From assembly GCF_009914755.1 (NCBI RefSeq), contig NC_060927.1: a DNA stretch of 64,000 bases, one strand, 5' to 3'. This DNA is from the human T2T-CHM13v2.0 reference genome, Homo sapiens. Made by a program: the position numbers and the translations under genes. Below are positions 13,700-30,069 of this stretch, in pieces. Below the pieces are notes generated by a model that was not told the origin of the DNA, did not search any database, and worked only from the letters and a program-made list of their open reading frames with translations. Numbering within the stretch: the stretch's first letter is position 1; each line of letters begins with the position of its first letter.

Positions 13700-14715
13700 A
13701 TTCCACTTCATGTGTGATGTAGGCATTCCTCCCACCCTCAAAATCCTTGGCTGATCATCATTTGGTTTGAAAAATTCTAGTGACAGAAAGTTCACCAATT
13801 CATCACGAGGCACCCTGGCCCACAGCAGACTGCTCTACTTGTTCAAAAATACAAAAACAAACTTGACATCTCTTTCTTAAAATTGAGCCAAATATCTCAA
13901 TTTCTATCACATTCACTCCCAATTCTTACTTTAAAGATGCTGGTTACTCTTCAAATATGTGAAGATATGATCATGTCCCTTGTCCCATAATTCTTTTCTT
14001 CCCAATTAATTAATCCACAGCCATCTTCTTCACAACACACTCAATTATGTTAATTCATCTATTGCAGCCTTATGGAAATGCACAGAATTCCATATATGTG
14101 TCTTAACTTTTGCAAAGGACACTGGGGACAGTAGTATCTCATGATGTGAACTTTTTTCAGTTAATGAAGCTGACAATAATATTTATTTAATCTTCATTTT
14201 TAAGTACCAGCCCCAGATTGCAACTTTATTTTAAACATATAATCATGTAAAATCTGAGAAAGTATTTCTTATAAATTCCTATTCATCCAGAGCTACCCAA
14301 CCACGTTGTTTTATTAACCTAAATTCAGAATATTGTATTTACCCCTAATAAATTCATGTTCTGAGTAGTGACCCTTTGTTCCATCATATCTGAAATTGCT
14401 TTAAGTCTTTTTTTTCAATCAGACATAATGATTGTTCTCCTAGTTTAGTGTCAGCAGAAAATTTGATAAGCATATCTCCATTCAAATAATTGATATAACA
14501 TGTTGACCAGGACAGGGCAGCATGTCACTAGAGAATTTCCACTAAAATGAAATTAAACCTTTAATTTAATATTATTTGGACACTCTTGTTCAACCAGCTA
14601 CAAATTTAGCCAAATATACTATAATCGAACTCCAATTTCATCCACGTGTTTTTAAAGTAGTGAGAATCTTTGCTAAAGCCTTGCTAAAATCAACATGTAT
14701 TGTTTCTGCAACATC
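13700..14715 (-). mobile_element. L3/CR1 LINE remnant
   Basis: gtgtcagcagaaaatttgataagcat...aattgatataacatgttgaccaggacaggg resembles the antisense CR1 RT region. Confidence 0.5.
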
Positions 14716-14744
14716 CAGTCCTACCTGCTCCGTCTGCATCGTCT

Positions 14745-15605
<861 letters not shown>

Positions 15606-17010
15606 GAATTCCTGTGTTACGTGCCTGTTCAGTAACACAACAAAGAAAATATATGTATAAAGTTAATTTGAGGGTGATGTATTTTTATATACCCAAACCC
15701 ACCCTTTCTATTCTTGTAATTTTCTGGAGTTTATCTTTTTGATCATTGATCCATAGTTTCTAGATGTTTTTCCCTAACTTTTGTAAATTAAAAGAAAATC
15801 AAAAGACATTGCCTATATTCAGAATTCACTTTCAATTGATTAGGATAAAATCCTTTTCTTCAGTGAATTAATAAAAGTGAGGCAAGACAGTGACATCTTT
15901 TGAATGTTACTAGTTTCTTTGACTCCACGTATTGTCATACTCATTGAAGGAAAAAAAAATGTTGCTTTTTGGCCACACTTACTGCACTATACCATGCAAG
16001 TGAGAATATTTCTTCCTCTTTAATCATACAATTTTATGGTTAAAAAAGACATTAAAGGTCTCCTGGCCTGTATCTTTTTAAAAATGAAATTGAAGATTAG
16101 AGTAACGGAATTACTCATTGTTAATACATAGTTAAGAAGCTACAGAGCCAAGGAAAGGCAGTCTTCAGCTCCCAGTTTCATGCATGCTGGCCCTACTTTG
16201 CTTTAGATTTACTCTAATTTATGAGAAAAACAACCTTCACTTTATTTACCATGTTACAATTTTCAAATCTCATTTACATACTTTCTATAATTTTATTCAG
16301 AAGATAGTCTTATAAGGTAGACATTATTTCTATTGATTATTAAAAATGTTTTCATGCTGCTTTTGTGCACAGAACTTAGTCATGTCTTGTATTAGCATTT
16401 AGCATTTTTAAGTTGAATTAATTCACATAAGCAAAATTTATAGCTAACTAGAGATGAGACCACTAAGAACTTGCTCTTCCTCCCACTTTTTAAAGTCAAT
16501 ATATTTAAAATAGAAATCCTTCTTTGATTAAATAAGGATAGCATAATTTAAGTCCCCCTTGATGAGATATGGATAAGCATACATTATTGTAATGTAATTG
16601 GGAGCACATTTTGTTTTTCAGTCTCTCTGCAGCATTAAGCCATCAGCAATCACTCCCCTCACTGTCACTTAGCCTGCTACCATACCCTTTCTACCTTTTA
16701 GCCCTTCTATTTCACCTAGGGCTACAAATATGATTGACTAGATCCTCTGTGCCTGGCACTTAATAAACTTGAAATAATGGTTGCTGAATGAATAGGAATT
16801 AGACATTAAAGTCATCATGCCATGTGTGGGGCATAAGGAATGAGTTGAACCACTGAGTCAAGCACGTTCTGATGGTCCTTTGGAGTGAATTGGAGGTGAG
16901 AGCAAGCATTCTCACCTTGAGGTTGATACAGAAGACAGTTGACATCTTAATTCCTTATAAGTGTTTCTATTGGTGTGGCAGGCGTTGGCCCACATTAAAA
17001 GGATGCTTAT

Positions 17011-17330
<320 letters not shown>

Positions 17331-18154
17331 AAGATGCTCATGTATGGAATGAATCAAACAAGCCCTCAAAGTTCGCTTTTACCCTGGAAAGTCAGCCTGA
17401 GACTACGCACAGCTTCATGAAGTGTTTCAAAGGAAAGCTCCTTTGAGCTTAAGCATACCTCCCCAACCTTCATTCACTCTACACTCCCTTTCGTCCAGGA
17501 GCAAAACCAAGTTGAATACTTCAAAAAGTTCTTCCATAGACGAGTAAATCAGAAGATAAGGTCTAAAGAGGAGGGGATTTCAGTTCGTTATTTGCACAGC
17601 TTAACGAAGGGGATGTTTCCAGAGCTTGTGTCTATACAGAATGAAGTGCTATAGCTCCATCACCCTAGCTGCCCACTTTTGCAGCCCAGCATCCCGGTCT
17701 AAATCTGCTTGAGGATCTTTGTGCACAGTCACTCAACACAGCAACTTTTCTCTGTCATATAAACACTGATATTTATTTTAAAAAAATAAATTTCAGGACA
17801 CACCCCTACACTCATAAACAATACAAATCCTCATTTTTTTTTAACTTAGGAATGTGGGCTTGAGAAGATGAGATGTTATATTGACTAAGTTTAGATGGAA
17901 TCAAATGTCGTTAATTGTTCCATTTCATTCTATGTGTCCTGTGTCTCTAGAACTCCAGCTTCTCAATACCACTACACTTCCCTTTTAAGGTTGTTAGCAA
18001 GATTACATTGTAAAGCATATGTAAAATCCCAGAATCATTTCCAACATAGGAAAGTTATACAATAACTGCTTCTGTGTTTTTTTGTCTGTTCTCTCTTCCA
18101 TTCCCCTTTCTGTCCCTCCATGTCCTGTCTTTTTAAAATAACTATCACTTACAA

Positions 18155-19150
<996 letters not shown>

Positions 19151-19174
19151 GAATAACTACCATTGTATACCTAA

Positions 19175-19590
19175 GTATAGTTGATAAGAGCACAAGCCCT
19201 GGAGTCAGACTCCTTGGATTCAAATTCAGCTTCTATAATTTCGTGAGCTTGAACAAGGTACTTTTTTCTGCCCCAGGTTGTTTACCTCCTTTGTTGTGAG
19301 GATCAAATCCATTAATAATTGTTAAACTCCTAGATCATTGTTTAGCAAATAGTCAGGGCATAATAAATGTTATAATGTGAATACTCTATGTTGGATATTA
19401 TACTAAGCACTTTGGAAGCATTATTCCATTTAGTTCTCAACACAACCCAATGAAGCACAGATATTACTTTTATTTTATAGGTGAAGAACATGAAAATTAA
19501 TGATGTGAAATAACTTTCACCAAGGATACAGCAGTGGGAGAAGGGACCAGCATAGGAACCTGGTCACCTGAGTCTTGAGCAGATGCCTGT
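19175..19590. mobile_element. Two MIR remnants in opposite orientation
   Basis: ctggagtcagactccttggattcaaattcagc (+), then caacccaatgaag...tttataggtgaag...aaataactt (-). Confidence 0.6.
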
Positions 19591-22188
19591 TATATGGCAT
19601 TTTACATGCATGGCTTCCCTTATGCTGTGAAAAACTACACTTTACCAGTGAAATTTATGTTCATTCCGTAGATTTGGGTGGTTGGTGAAATGTTTCCTTT
19701 GTACACAAACTTGAATTTTTTGTTGCATTAACAATCTTTGATATAGTAAGTACATCCATCATATATTTGCTTTTGTTTTTAATTTTTTAGTTGTAGGTAT
19801 TCTTGATGCCATCATACTGTTGATTTACTGTGAACATCTAAAAGCATAATGTTACATGCAATGACTATACATAAATTTGTGGACTCTAATTTTAATATAA
19901 TTGGTTTCAGGTTTTATAATGAGAATAATTAATAACAATATTTCTGCTCTAAAAGTTAAGATGCAGATTTCCAATTTATTGCAAGTAGGCTGTAAAGCAT
20001 TTTGAATATTGATATTTTATGGTGAATAACTGGTTGGTAAACTGTTTATCCCCAAGCAGTAAATGAAATATTTGTATAAGCTTCTTACTCCCATATCATT
20101 TCTCCCCTACATGTGAAAAAGATGAACTTTAAATGTAGATTATTATGAAGAGCTTCCCAGAGAATAATCTTAATATCTAATGTCTCCAGATTTTAGCCTG
20201 TCAAACTGATTACTTTATAAACATTGTTTGGGGCCTTCATCCTGGAATTTTCACTTTCTTGTAGTAGTTCAGATCTGCAAAGCAAAAGACTTAAGCTACT
20301 CATCATCTCAGGCTGTAGATGACTGTAAGTCATACATAAGTACTTCCAAATTGCTAATGGTAAAATTAAATCTTTGAACAAAATCTGGCTACCTGCCTGC
20401 TGTAGGGAAACTGGCATTATCATGGTCATGGGCAAGGTGGTATTATTCTGGAGGAAGCAAATGGGTGATATCTATGCTTACCTCTATGGATACCTCACTT
20501 AAGATGAGGAAAGTAACTAGACTAATACACCATTCATGCCCTACATCTCTACCCTCTGAGCATGTGTTAAGGGGAAGGGCATAGAAGATGAAAAGTATTT
20601 TTAAAAAATGGAAAAATGGAGATGTTAAGTGAAAGGAGTGTTTACGTACAAAAGCCACTTCATTTTGGCCTTCCTGTGACTTCAAGCAAGCAATCTATGA
20701 ATAAAGTAACTCTTCTGCTATTGCGGAATGAAGTGAAAAAAAAAAAAAGAAAAGAAAAAATTTTAAAAAGAGAGTAATGTAACACAATAAATCACTCCAT
20801 TCTGAGGTTAATTTAAGTTAGCCTTATCAGTTAAGTGGCAAACATTTTTTATGGTGAAAATATCAATTGAATAAACAGCAACTGATTAGATAGTCTCATT
20901 GAAAAAGATCTTTCTTATGACTACTACAGCGAGCCTTAATCTGAGTTCTCTTTAACTGGGGCACACTCTGACAACTGTAATGATGGTGGTGGTAGTGGTA
21001 GTGGTGGTGGTGATAGAAAACTTTATTAAACTGAGAATGTATTGTATTCTCACTGGGAATTTTGGCAACCTGATTTTTGAGCCCAGATCCTTGCTTCTAT
21101 TCACGGTAATTTTCAAATGTTCATTGCTTTTAATATCTAATAACTAGCTTATCCTTCATAGCCAATGAGTAAAATGTGCAGTCGATCAGAACAGTAGCTG
21201 GGAGTTTGATACACGGCTAAACTCATAACTGGCCTGACTACTTTTTAATTTGGAAAGCTGCTTAAACAGGCAAACTTTTTTTCTGAGCGATAAAATGTGG
21301 ATGGATGACTATTTAGATGAATAATCTGTGAATATTTAGATCAACTGAAATGTAATCAACTTTAGAAACATGTGGGTATCAAAAGTAAAAATATTTTTCA
21401 ATGGAAGGCTTTGATCTTCAATAAAAGGGTAAATACTTTTATTGGAATAGGTAGAAGAAGTCAAACCCAAACTTGCTGAGTTTCTGAAATAATGATAGTT
21501 TCTGCCACTGAGTATAGTACTAGACAGAAAGACATTAATGGTGATAATGGGTGTCTATTGAAAATTTCACAAGGTAAATCTTAGGAGCTATTAAAGTACA
21601 GATGCTAGTTAATTGTAGCTATTATTAATAGTTTATTATGTATACTTTCTTTTGGTCATCCCACAGTCCAGTTTGGGGACTGATAAAAAGCAGTTTGTGA
21701 CATAAGACAATCAATGAAGTATAGAGATTGCTTTAAATTCAAGAAGGTTCTGAGAGTATGATATATATATGAAAATTGGCGAATGAAACCTGATGGGGAT
21801 CCAAGCAAGATTCATCAGACTTTTAAAAAACATGAAGGCTAAAAGAGAACAATTAATATTTTGTATCACCATAAAAAAACCAAGGTACTAAAATATCACT
21901 CCTTTTTGTTTCGTTGTTATGAGTAATTCAGTCAACAAATATTAAAATAATTCTGATCATTTTTAAGTTTAATTTTTAGGCACTGAAGGTCAACATTCAT
22001 GTGTTGCCATTCGGGGAAAAGGGAGACCACTTTCTGAATGATTGAAAATGTCACAATTGCTCTAATTATATCAATATCCTTTTCTTCAAGAATTTTCATT
22101 TGAGAGGTTATGGTGCTGTAGTACATATATTTTCACTTGTGGTTAAGTCAGAATCTAATTGACTAACTATAGTGATTTGAATGGTACC

Positions 22189-22532
22189 TGCTATAGACTG
22201 AATATTTATATCTCCAAAATGCCTATGTTGAAATCCTAACCCCAGTGTGATCATATGAGGAGGTGGGGCCTTTGGTGGTGATTAGGTCATGAGGGATCTG
22301 CCCTTGTAAATGGGATCAGTGCCCTTATAAAAGTGATTCCTAAGAGCTCCCTTGCTCCTTCTGCCATGTGAGTGAGAAGGTGGCAGTCAGTGAAACAGGA
22401 AGAGAGCCCTCACAAGGCAAGAAATCTGCTAGCACCTTGATCTTGGACTTCCCAGCCTCCAGAACTGTGAGAAATACATTTCTGTTAAGTTTCCCAGTCT
22501 ATTGTGTTATAGCAGCCCTAACAGACTAAAAC
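22189..22532 (+). mobile_element. MaLR solo LTR (MLT1A/MSTD-like)
   Basis: tgctatagactgaat...gttgaaatcctaacccc...cttgatcttggacttcccagcctccagaactgtgagaaata...gactaa. Confidence 0.8.
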
Positions 22533-22534
22533 TG

Positions 22535-22950
22535 TAACTCTCAAAAAATGTGTCTACCTGGAAACTGTGAAAGTGACCTTATTTGGAAAAACGGTCTTTC
22601 CAGATGTAATTAAGTAGATGACATCTTCCAAAATCACCCAGATGGACCATAAATTCAATATCAAGTGTCCTCATAAGAGAGTGAGGAGAAAACACAGGAG
22701 AGAAAGAGACTATGTTACCATGGAGGCAGAGATTGGAATGATCCAGCAGGGGAAACCAGTGATTGCTGAAAGCCACCAGAAGCTAGAAGAAGCAGGGAAA
22801 GATTCTCTCCTAGAGCCTTCGAAGGTGCCCAGCACTGCTGACAACTTGATTTCGGGTATCTAGCTTCCAGAACTGCGAGAGAATAAATTTTTTTTTTAAG
22901 CCATTCAATCTGTGGTAACTTGTTTGCAGTGGTTCCAGGAAACAAACAGG
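22535..22950 (+). mobile_element. MaLR solo LTR (MLT1C/D-like)
   Basis: gtgaccttatttggaaaaacggtctttccagatgtaattaag...ggaggcagagattggaatg...cttccagaactgcgagagaataaat. Confidence 0.8.
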
Positions 22951-24507
22951 CCAACATATGCACAATTCTTTTTCATTTCTTTCCTGACCACTTTGATCAA
23001 TTTTTAAAAAAAATCTTTGAATGAGATCAAAATCAGGTGCTTTTGTAACTTAACTGTATTAGGGTGAAAAGTATTAAAGAAATGGCCTCTATCAAATGTA
23101 GGATTATCTGTGCAAGTTTTGTCTCACACTATGCATTTTCCCCTGGAGAGCATAACAGAGTTTTGAACTTTATAAAGTATGATTTGACCAGATAATGAAA
23201 TGGGGACTGCAAAAAATTCAAAGGGTAACCTTTCCCTTTCCCGGGTATGTTTTTACTTCTCACTTGGAACAGACCTCTGCAGGCCTTCTCTGAAATAGGC
23301 AGAATTGGCCCTTTCTCCATAGGGCAATGATTTGAAGTGATGCGGAGTAGTTTGTTGGCCCTGAGTCCCGCTCTCTGGACTTCTTCCGTTTTCTAGGTCA
23401 TTTTCCCTGAATTCGACCTCTTTGTCTGGCACTCTAAAGCCCTAGAAACTGGCTATTATCACGTTTAGAGTGTCTGACCTACCTGTGGCTGTAACCGTTC
23501 CACTGTGGTCTCTCAAGCGATGTTATCGTTGATGTTATGACATTTCTAGCCCCAGAAAGTCCCTGTGCTAGTGAGGGCCAGCTTCCGTCCTCTTCGCAGT
23601 CAGCACCTTTCCCGGAGTAGGCTCTAACATAAACAAGGCATTTGCCTTCTAGCTGTCATGTATTTTATGCACCATGCTAGCTAGTTTTTACTTCATGTCT
23701 ATAATATATATTCACTTTAGAGAAAAAAGTATGCGTTAGGGTTCAGAGGTTAAATCTCAAATTCAAGGGCATCATGAAAAGATGTGTGTGTTTCCCAAGA
23801 ACTAAATTATTCTGTTACATATTTCACCAAAGATTAAATTCCAAACTAGCCACTAAACTCTCAGTAGATGGCACTGAAGGTAATTTATCCCTGAAATATG
23901 TATTTAGGGTACACACTAATTATGATTAGAGTATTAATTTGCTCCTAAATACTTGCATTGTTATCTGTCATTAGCATTTCAGATTTGTTCATTTGTTCAT
24001 AGCCTCTACTTTTTTTTCCCCTCAAATTGAATGCAGTCTAGTGTGGTAGGTAATCTGTTAGCTCTACCTCATAAAATTTAGATTAATTATATCTTAAAGG
24101 CCCTTCTTTATATAGTCCTATAAGTAATGTATATGTTGAGGTGAGGGAGTCAACAAATGGCTTTTCTTATTTCTAAGCGCAATGACTACTTTCTTCTCAA
24201 ATGCTGAATAATGCCGAATAAATGCTGTTAAGTGATAATGAATGTTGCTAAGTGCTGAATAAATATTTGTGGAATAAATGAAGCTGAATGAACCAATGAA
24301 GGAATATAAGAGAAACCGAAATGTCTTGGCCTTTACCAGCCTATGAGGTTATATTTCCTCTTGAATATTCTATTTCCTTAAACAAAGAAATAGAATATTC
24401 TATTAGGAAGAGCCCTCCAATAAAGGTGCATATTCCATATAGTCTTTCTCATTCACCTAGAAAAAAACTCATTATGAAGGTGTTGCCTCTTACTTTCAAC
24501 ACCATAC

Positions 24508-24803
24508 TTTTTTTTTTTTTTTTTTTTTTGAGACGGAGTCTCCCTCTGTCTGCTGGCGTGCAGTGGCGGGATCTCGGCTCACCTCTGCCTCCCAGGATCA
24601 AACTATTCGCCTACCTCAGCTTCCTGAGTAGCTGGGATTACAGGCGCACATCACCACACGCAGCTGATTTTTGTATTTTTAGTAGAGACGGGGTTTCACC
24701 GTGTTGGCCAGGCTGGTCACAAACTCCAGACCTCAAGTGATCCACCTGCCTCGGCCTCCTAAGGTGCTGGAATTACAGGCGGGAGCCACCTTGCACCTAG
24801 CCA
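24508..24803 (-). mobile_element. AluS-like SINE
   Basis: Antisense Alu; TSD accat(a/g)cttttt. Confidence 0.9.
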
Positions 24804-25130
24804 GTACCATGCTTTTTTTTAGTAACATCTTTGTTAAGATACCATACCATACAATTCATTCATTTAAGGTGTACAATTCAGTGATGTTTAGTTTATTCAC
24901 GAAGTTGTACAACTGTCACCACTGTCTAATTTCAGAACATTTTCATCCCCCTAAAGATAAAACCTGTAACCGTTAACAGTCACTTTCTGTTCCTTCCAGA
25001 CCTGATAACCACTAATCTACTGTCTCTGTGGATTTTCCTATTCTGGACATTTCATGTAAATGAAATCGTAATATATGTGGCCTTTTATAACTTGTTTCAG
25101 TTATGTTAGCAAGGTTCATCTGTGTCGTAG

Positions 25131-25439
<309 letters not shown>

Positions 25440-25681
25440 AGTACTTCATTTATTTTTAGGTCTAAAGAATATGCAGTTATATGGATGTAACTCCATTATA
25501 TTTACCCATTCATCAGTTGATGGACGCTTGGGTTCTTTTTACTTTTTAGCTATTATGAATAATGCTGCTATGAACATTCATATACAGGTTTTTTTGCGGA
25601 CACATGTATTTTCATTTCTCTTGGGTATATTCCTAGGAGTGGAGTAGCTAGTGGAGTTACTGTATGTTTAACATACAGTAA

Positions 25682-25721
25682 CTGGGCAACAGAGGAGACT
25701 CTGTCTCAAAAAAAAAAAAAA
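25682..25721 (+). mobile_element. Extremely 5'-truncated Alu 3' end with A-tail
   Basis: ctgggcaacagaggagactctgtctc followed by A14. Confidence 0.8.
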
Positions 25722-27433
25722 GTATGTTTAACATTTTGAGCAACTGTCAAATTATTTTCCAAATTGGCTGTATCATTTTACAGTCCTACCAACTGTATGT
25801 AAGGCTTATAATTTCTCCACATCCTCACTAGCACTTGCTATTGTTGGCTTTTTTAGTTTTAGTCAACCTACTGAGTGTGATGTGATGTCTCATGTGGTTT
25901 AGATTTGCATTTCCCACATGGCTAATGATGTTGAACATATTCCCATATGTTTATTGGCTATTGCTACATCTTTGGAGACACTTCTATTCAAATCCTTTGC
26001 TCATTTTTAATCCTTTGCCCAGTTATCTTTTCATTGTTGAATTATAATATTTCTTCGTATATTCCTGATACAAGCCCCTTGTCAAATATACGATTTGTAA
26101 ATATTTTCTCTATTTACTGGGTTGTATTTTCATTTTCTTGATGGTGTCCTTTGAAGCACAAAAGTTTTAATTTTGGTAAAATCTAATTTATTTTTTTCTT
26201 TTGTTGCATGTGCTCTTGTTGTCACATCAAAGAAACCATTGCCTAATCCAAGGTGACAAAAACTTACTCCTATGTTTTCTTCTAAGAGTTTCATGGTCTT
26301 AGCTGTTAAATTTAGCTCTATCACCCATTTTGAGTTAATTTTTGTATACGTTGAAGTATTCGTTCAAAAGAATGATTTTTTTTTCAGATTCTTTCTTTTG
26401 CACGTTATCGGTTTTAATATCATCTGTTGAAAAGATGGTTCTTTCTCTCATGAATGGTCTGGACACTTTTGCCGAAAATCAGTTGACCTCAAATGTAAGG
26501 GTTTATTTCAGGGCCCTCAATTTCATTCCATTGATTTATATGTCTGTCCCTAGGCCAGTACCACACTGTGTTGACTGCTGTAGCTTTGCAGTAAGTTTTG
26601 AAATTGGGAGGCAGCTGTTAATAGTACCTTAAGATCAAAGAAATATGATGCTCACATCGCATGAGCTATGGACTCTATCCTACATTCCCTGCAAGCAAAA
26701 CATACTGCCTTTGGATATGTAATATAAAATTCAATATCAATAAATTCTGGGCTCTCTGATTTAGGTAACCACACATTTGGAGGCCTGACAATCTAATCCA
26801 CTGTTTCCCCAAATTTGAGGTAGAACTCATTTGTCCTTACTCCTTTTCTCAGGGTCTCAGTTCTATTGTCTGCAAACAACCACTCAAACAAGAATGTTAG
26901 TGATTTCCTAACAGCAGTCACTATTTTACAGGCCAGGCACAATCTAAATCCATAGAGAAGAAATATTTTTCTCTAGGCATGAAAATCCTAGGAGAACTGT
27001 TAAATAAGCAAGAGGACCATTTAACATTGTCCAGCTGGGCTCCATTTCTAACTTTTCCAAGACCAGTGGAGAGGTAATTGCTGTATATTTGCATAACTAA
27101 AAGGCCCACCCTGTACTCGTTTTCTAAGAACAATGGACACTGACCCAAGGTTTATTTTAAATGGGCGGTTTTTCTATCTCTACCAGAGTACTCTGTAATA
27201 AATAATTTCTCCTAAATTTTCTTAGGTCTTTCAGTCTTCCCGTTGGCTTTGTACTTGCTATTCCCTTTATCTAGGACCACAGAAAGGCTGTGACCTTCAG
27301 TAAGTTTCTATACCCCTCTGAATTTTGCTGCCTTCATCTATTGAATGGACATAATGATAGTATTTAAGAATTATTTAAGTTACATAGTATCCTTCAGAGT
27401 TGTGAGGATTAAATATGCCTGGTAAGTGTAACG

Positions 27434-27458
27434 TGTGTGTGTGTGTGTGTGTGTGTGT
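27434..27458 (+). repeat. (TG)n microsatellite, about 12 units
   Basis: Direct reading. Confidence 0.9.
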
Positions 27459-28198
27459 ATTTGAACAGGTTTTCACCTAGTCACATGTAGATGTACATTA
27501 ACATGTGAATGCTCTGATTTCTTATCTCTTTTGTCTGTGAGTATTCTAGTATTTATTATGCTATATGATAATTACAGGGTATAGTTTTGTCTGGCTCTCT
27601 CACTAGTCCACATACACCCTGAGAACTGAATTGGATCCATGTTTTTATATTTTACTTGGTATTAAACATTGGTACATAGTAGATGTTCAGAGGTTTCAAA
27701 CACAGTTGGCAGTTGTTCTGTCTAGGATATTAGCTTCATTTTACTCTAACCAGCCATTTATCCTACATAAAATTCAAGGTCAGTAATCACCTGAGATTTC
27801 TAAGAAGGGATTATTATTAATTAATTACTGATGCTGTCAAGAACTTGTTAATTCTCCTCTATGTTTGAATAATCAAGTACCTTTGGGCAAATGTGCTGTA
27901 AAAACTTGAGTTATCCATACTCAGTATGGAGATTTCTTTTGTTTATTTTTCCTTCTTCCCATAAATATTTACTGAATACCAACTGGATAGCAAGCAATGC
28001 GTTGGACACAGGGAATGCATCAATGAACTAGGCAGATATGAAGTCTACATCCAGTAGGGAAGACAGACATTGAACAAGTAACCTCAAGTGTGGTGAATGT
28101 TAGGAAGATTGAAGGTCTTGAAGGAACGAAGGGCAGAATAAGCAGTAGAAAAGCGGGAATGAAGAGCTGACCTAAAAGTAGTGTTTGTATATAAGGTA

Positions 28199-29985
28199 AT
28201 TTTTCAACTTTTTAAGTTCAGGAATACACGTGCAGGTTTGTTACATAGGTAAACTTGTGTCATGAGGGTTTGTTGTACAGATTATTTCATAGCCCAGATA
28301 TTAAGCATAGTACCCATTAGTTATTTTCCTTGATCCTCTCCTTCCTCCTACCCTATGACCTCCGATAGGTCCCAGTATCTGTTGTTCCCTTCTATGTGTC
28401 AATGTGTTCTCATCATTTAGCTTCCACTTATAAGTAAGAACATGCAGTGTTTGATTTTCTGTTCCTGCGTTAGTTTGCTAAGGATAATGGCTCCATCCGT
28501 GTCTCTGCAAGGGACATGATCTCATTGTGTATGTACCACATTTTCTTTATCAGTCTATCATTGATGCGCTTTTAGGTTGATTCCGTGTCTTTGCTATTGT
28601 GTATAGTACTGCAGTGAACATACACATGTGTGTGTCTTTATAATAGAATGATTTATATTCCTTTGGGTATATACACAGTAATGGGAATGCTGGGTCGAAT
28701 GACATTTCCATCTTTACATCTTTGAGGGATCGCCACACTGTCTTCCACAATGCTTGAATTAATTTACACTCCCAGCAATAGTATATAAGTCTTCATTTTT
28801 CTCTATAACCTTGCCAGCATCTGTTATTTTTTTACTTTTTAATATGGCCATTCTGACTGGTGTGAGGTGGTATCTCATTGTGGTTTTGATTTGCATTTTT
28901 CTAATGATCAGTGATGTCAAGCTTTTTTTTTTTTTTTTTTTTAGACGGAGTCTCGCTCTGTCGCCCAGGCTGGAGTGCAGTGGCTCGATCTCAGCTCTCC
29001 ACAAGCTCCGCCTCCCGGGTTCATGCCATTCTCCCGCCTCAGCCTCCCAAGTAGCTAGGACTACAGGCACGTGCCACCACGCCCAGCTAATTTTGTTTTT
29101 GTATTTTTAGTAGAGACGGGCTTTCACCATGTTAGCCAGGATGGTTTCGATCTCCTGACCTCGTGATCCGCCCACCTCGGCCTCCCAAAGTGCTGGGATT
29201 ACAGGCGTAAGCCACCACACGCAGCTGATGTTGAGCTTTTTTATATGACTGTTGGCTGCATGTATGTCTTCATTTGAAAAGTGTCTATTCATGTCTTTTG
29301 CCCACTTTTTAAAGTGGTTGTTTTTTCTTGTAAATTTAAGTTCCTTATAGATGCTAGATATTAGACCTTAATCAGATACATAGTTTGCAAAGACTTTCTC
29401 CCATTCTGTGTGTTGTCTCTTTACTCTGTTGATAGTTTCTTTTGCTGTGCAGAAGATCTTCAGTTTAATTAAATCCCATTTGTCAATTTTTGCTTTAGTT
29501 GCAATTGCTTTTGTTGTCTTTGTAATGAAATCTTTGCCCGTGCCTATGTCCTGAATGGTATTGCCCAGGTGTTGTCTTCCAGAATTTTTATAGTTTTGGG
29601 TTTTATGTTTAAGTCTTTTATCCTTCAGTTAATTTTTGTATATGGTATAAGAAAGGGGTCCACTTTCAATATTCTGCATATGGCTAGCCAGTTATCCCGG
29701 CACCATTTATTGAATAAGGAATCCTTTCCCCGTTGTTTGGTTTTGTCAGGTTTGTTGAAGGTGAGATCGTTGCAGGTGTGCAGTCTTATTTCTGGGTTCT
29801 CTATTCTGTTCCATTGGTCTGTGTGTCTGTTTTTGTACCAATACCATGCTGTTTTGGTTACTGTGTCCCTATAGTATAGTTTGAAGTTGGGTAGCATGAT
29901 GCCTCCAGCTTTGTTATTTTGCTTAGGATTGCCTTGGCTATTCGGGCTTTTTTTTTTTGTTCCATATGAATTTTAAAATAGTATT
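28199..29985 (-). mobile_element. 5'-truncated older L1PA element (L1PA11-13-like) interrupted by an Alu
   Basis: gtgcaggtttgttacataggtaaacttgtgtcatg 3'UTR; ORF 29625-29897 ([32 protein letters not shown]) is an L1 ORF2 fragment. Confidence 0.92.
28923..29226 (-). mobile_element. AluY-like SINE
   Basis: TSD tgatgt(ca/tg)agcttttt. Confidence 0.92.
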
Positions 29986-30069
29986 TTAGATGTTTAAGGA
30001 GAGGTATAAAGTGGAGGGATACAAAAAAAAGAGCAAGGCATTTCAAGTGAGGAGAAAACATAGACTGTA

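Noticed and set aside
20981-21015. (TGG)n-like tract as a G-quadruplex or coding repeat
   Set aside because: Short, interrupted GG-only repeat; ordinary low-complexity sequence.
29625-29897. Reverse-transcriptase-family ORF
   Set aside because: Fragment of a truncated, interrupted L1 ORF2; not an active element.
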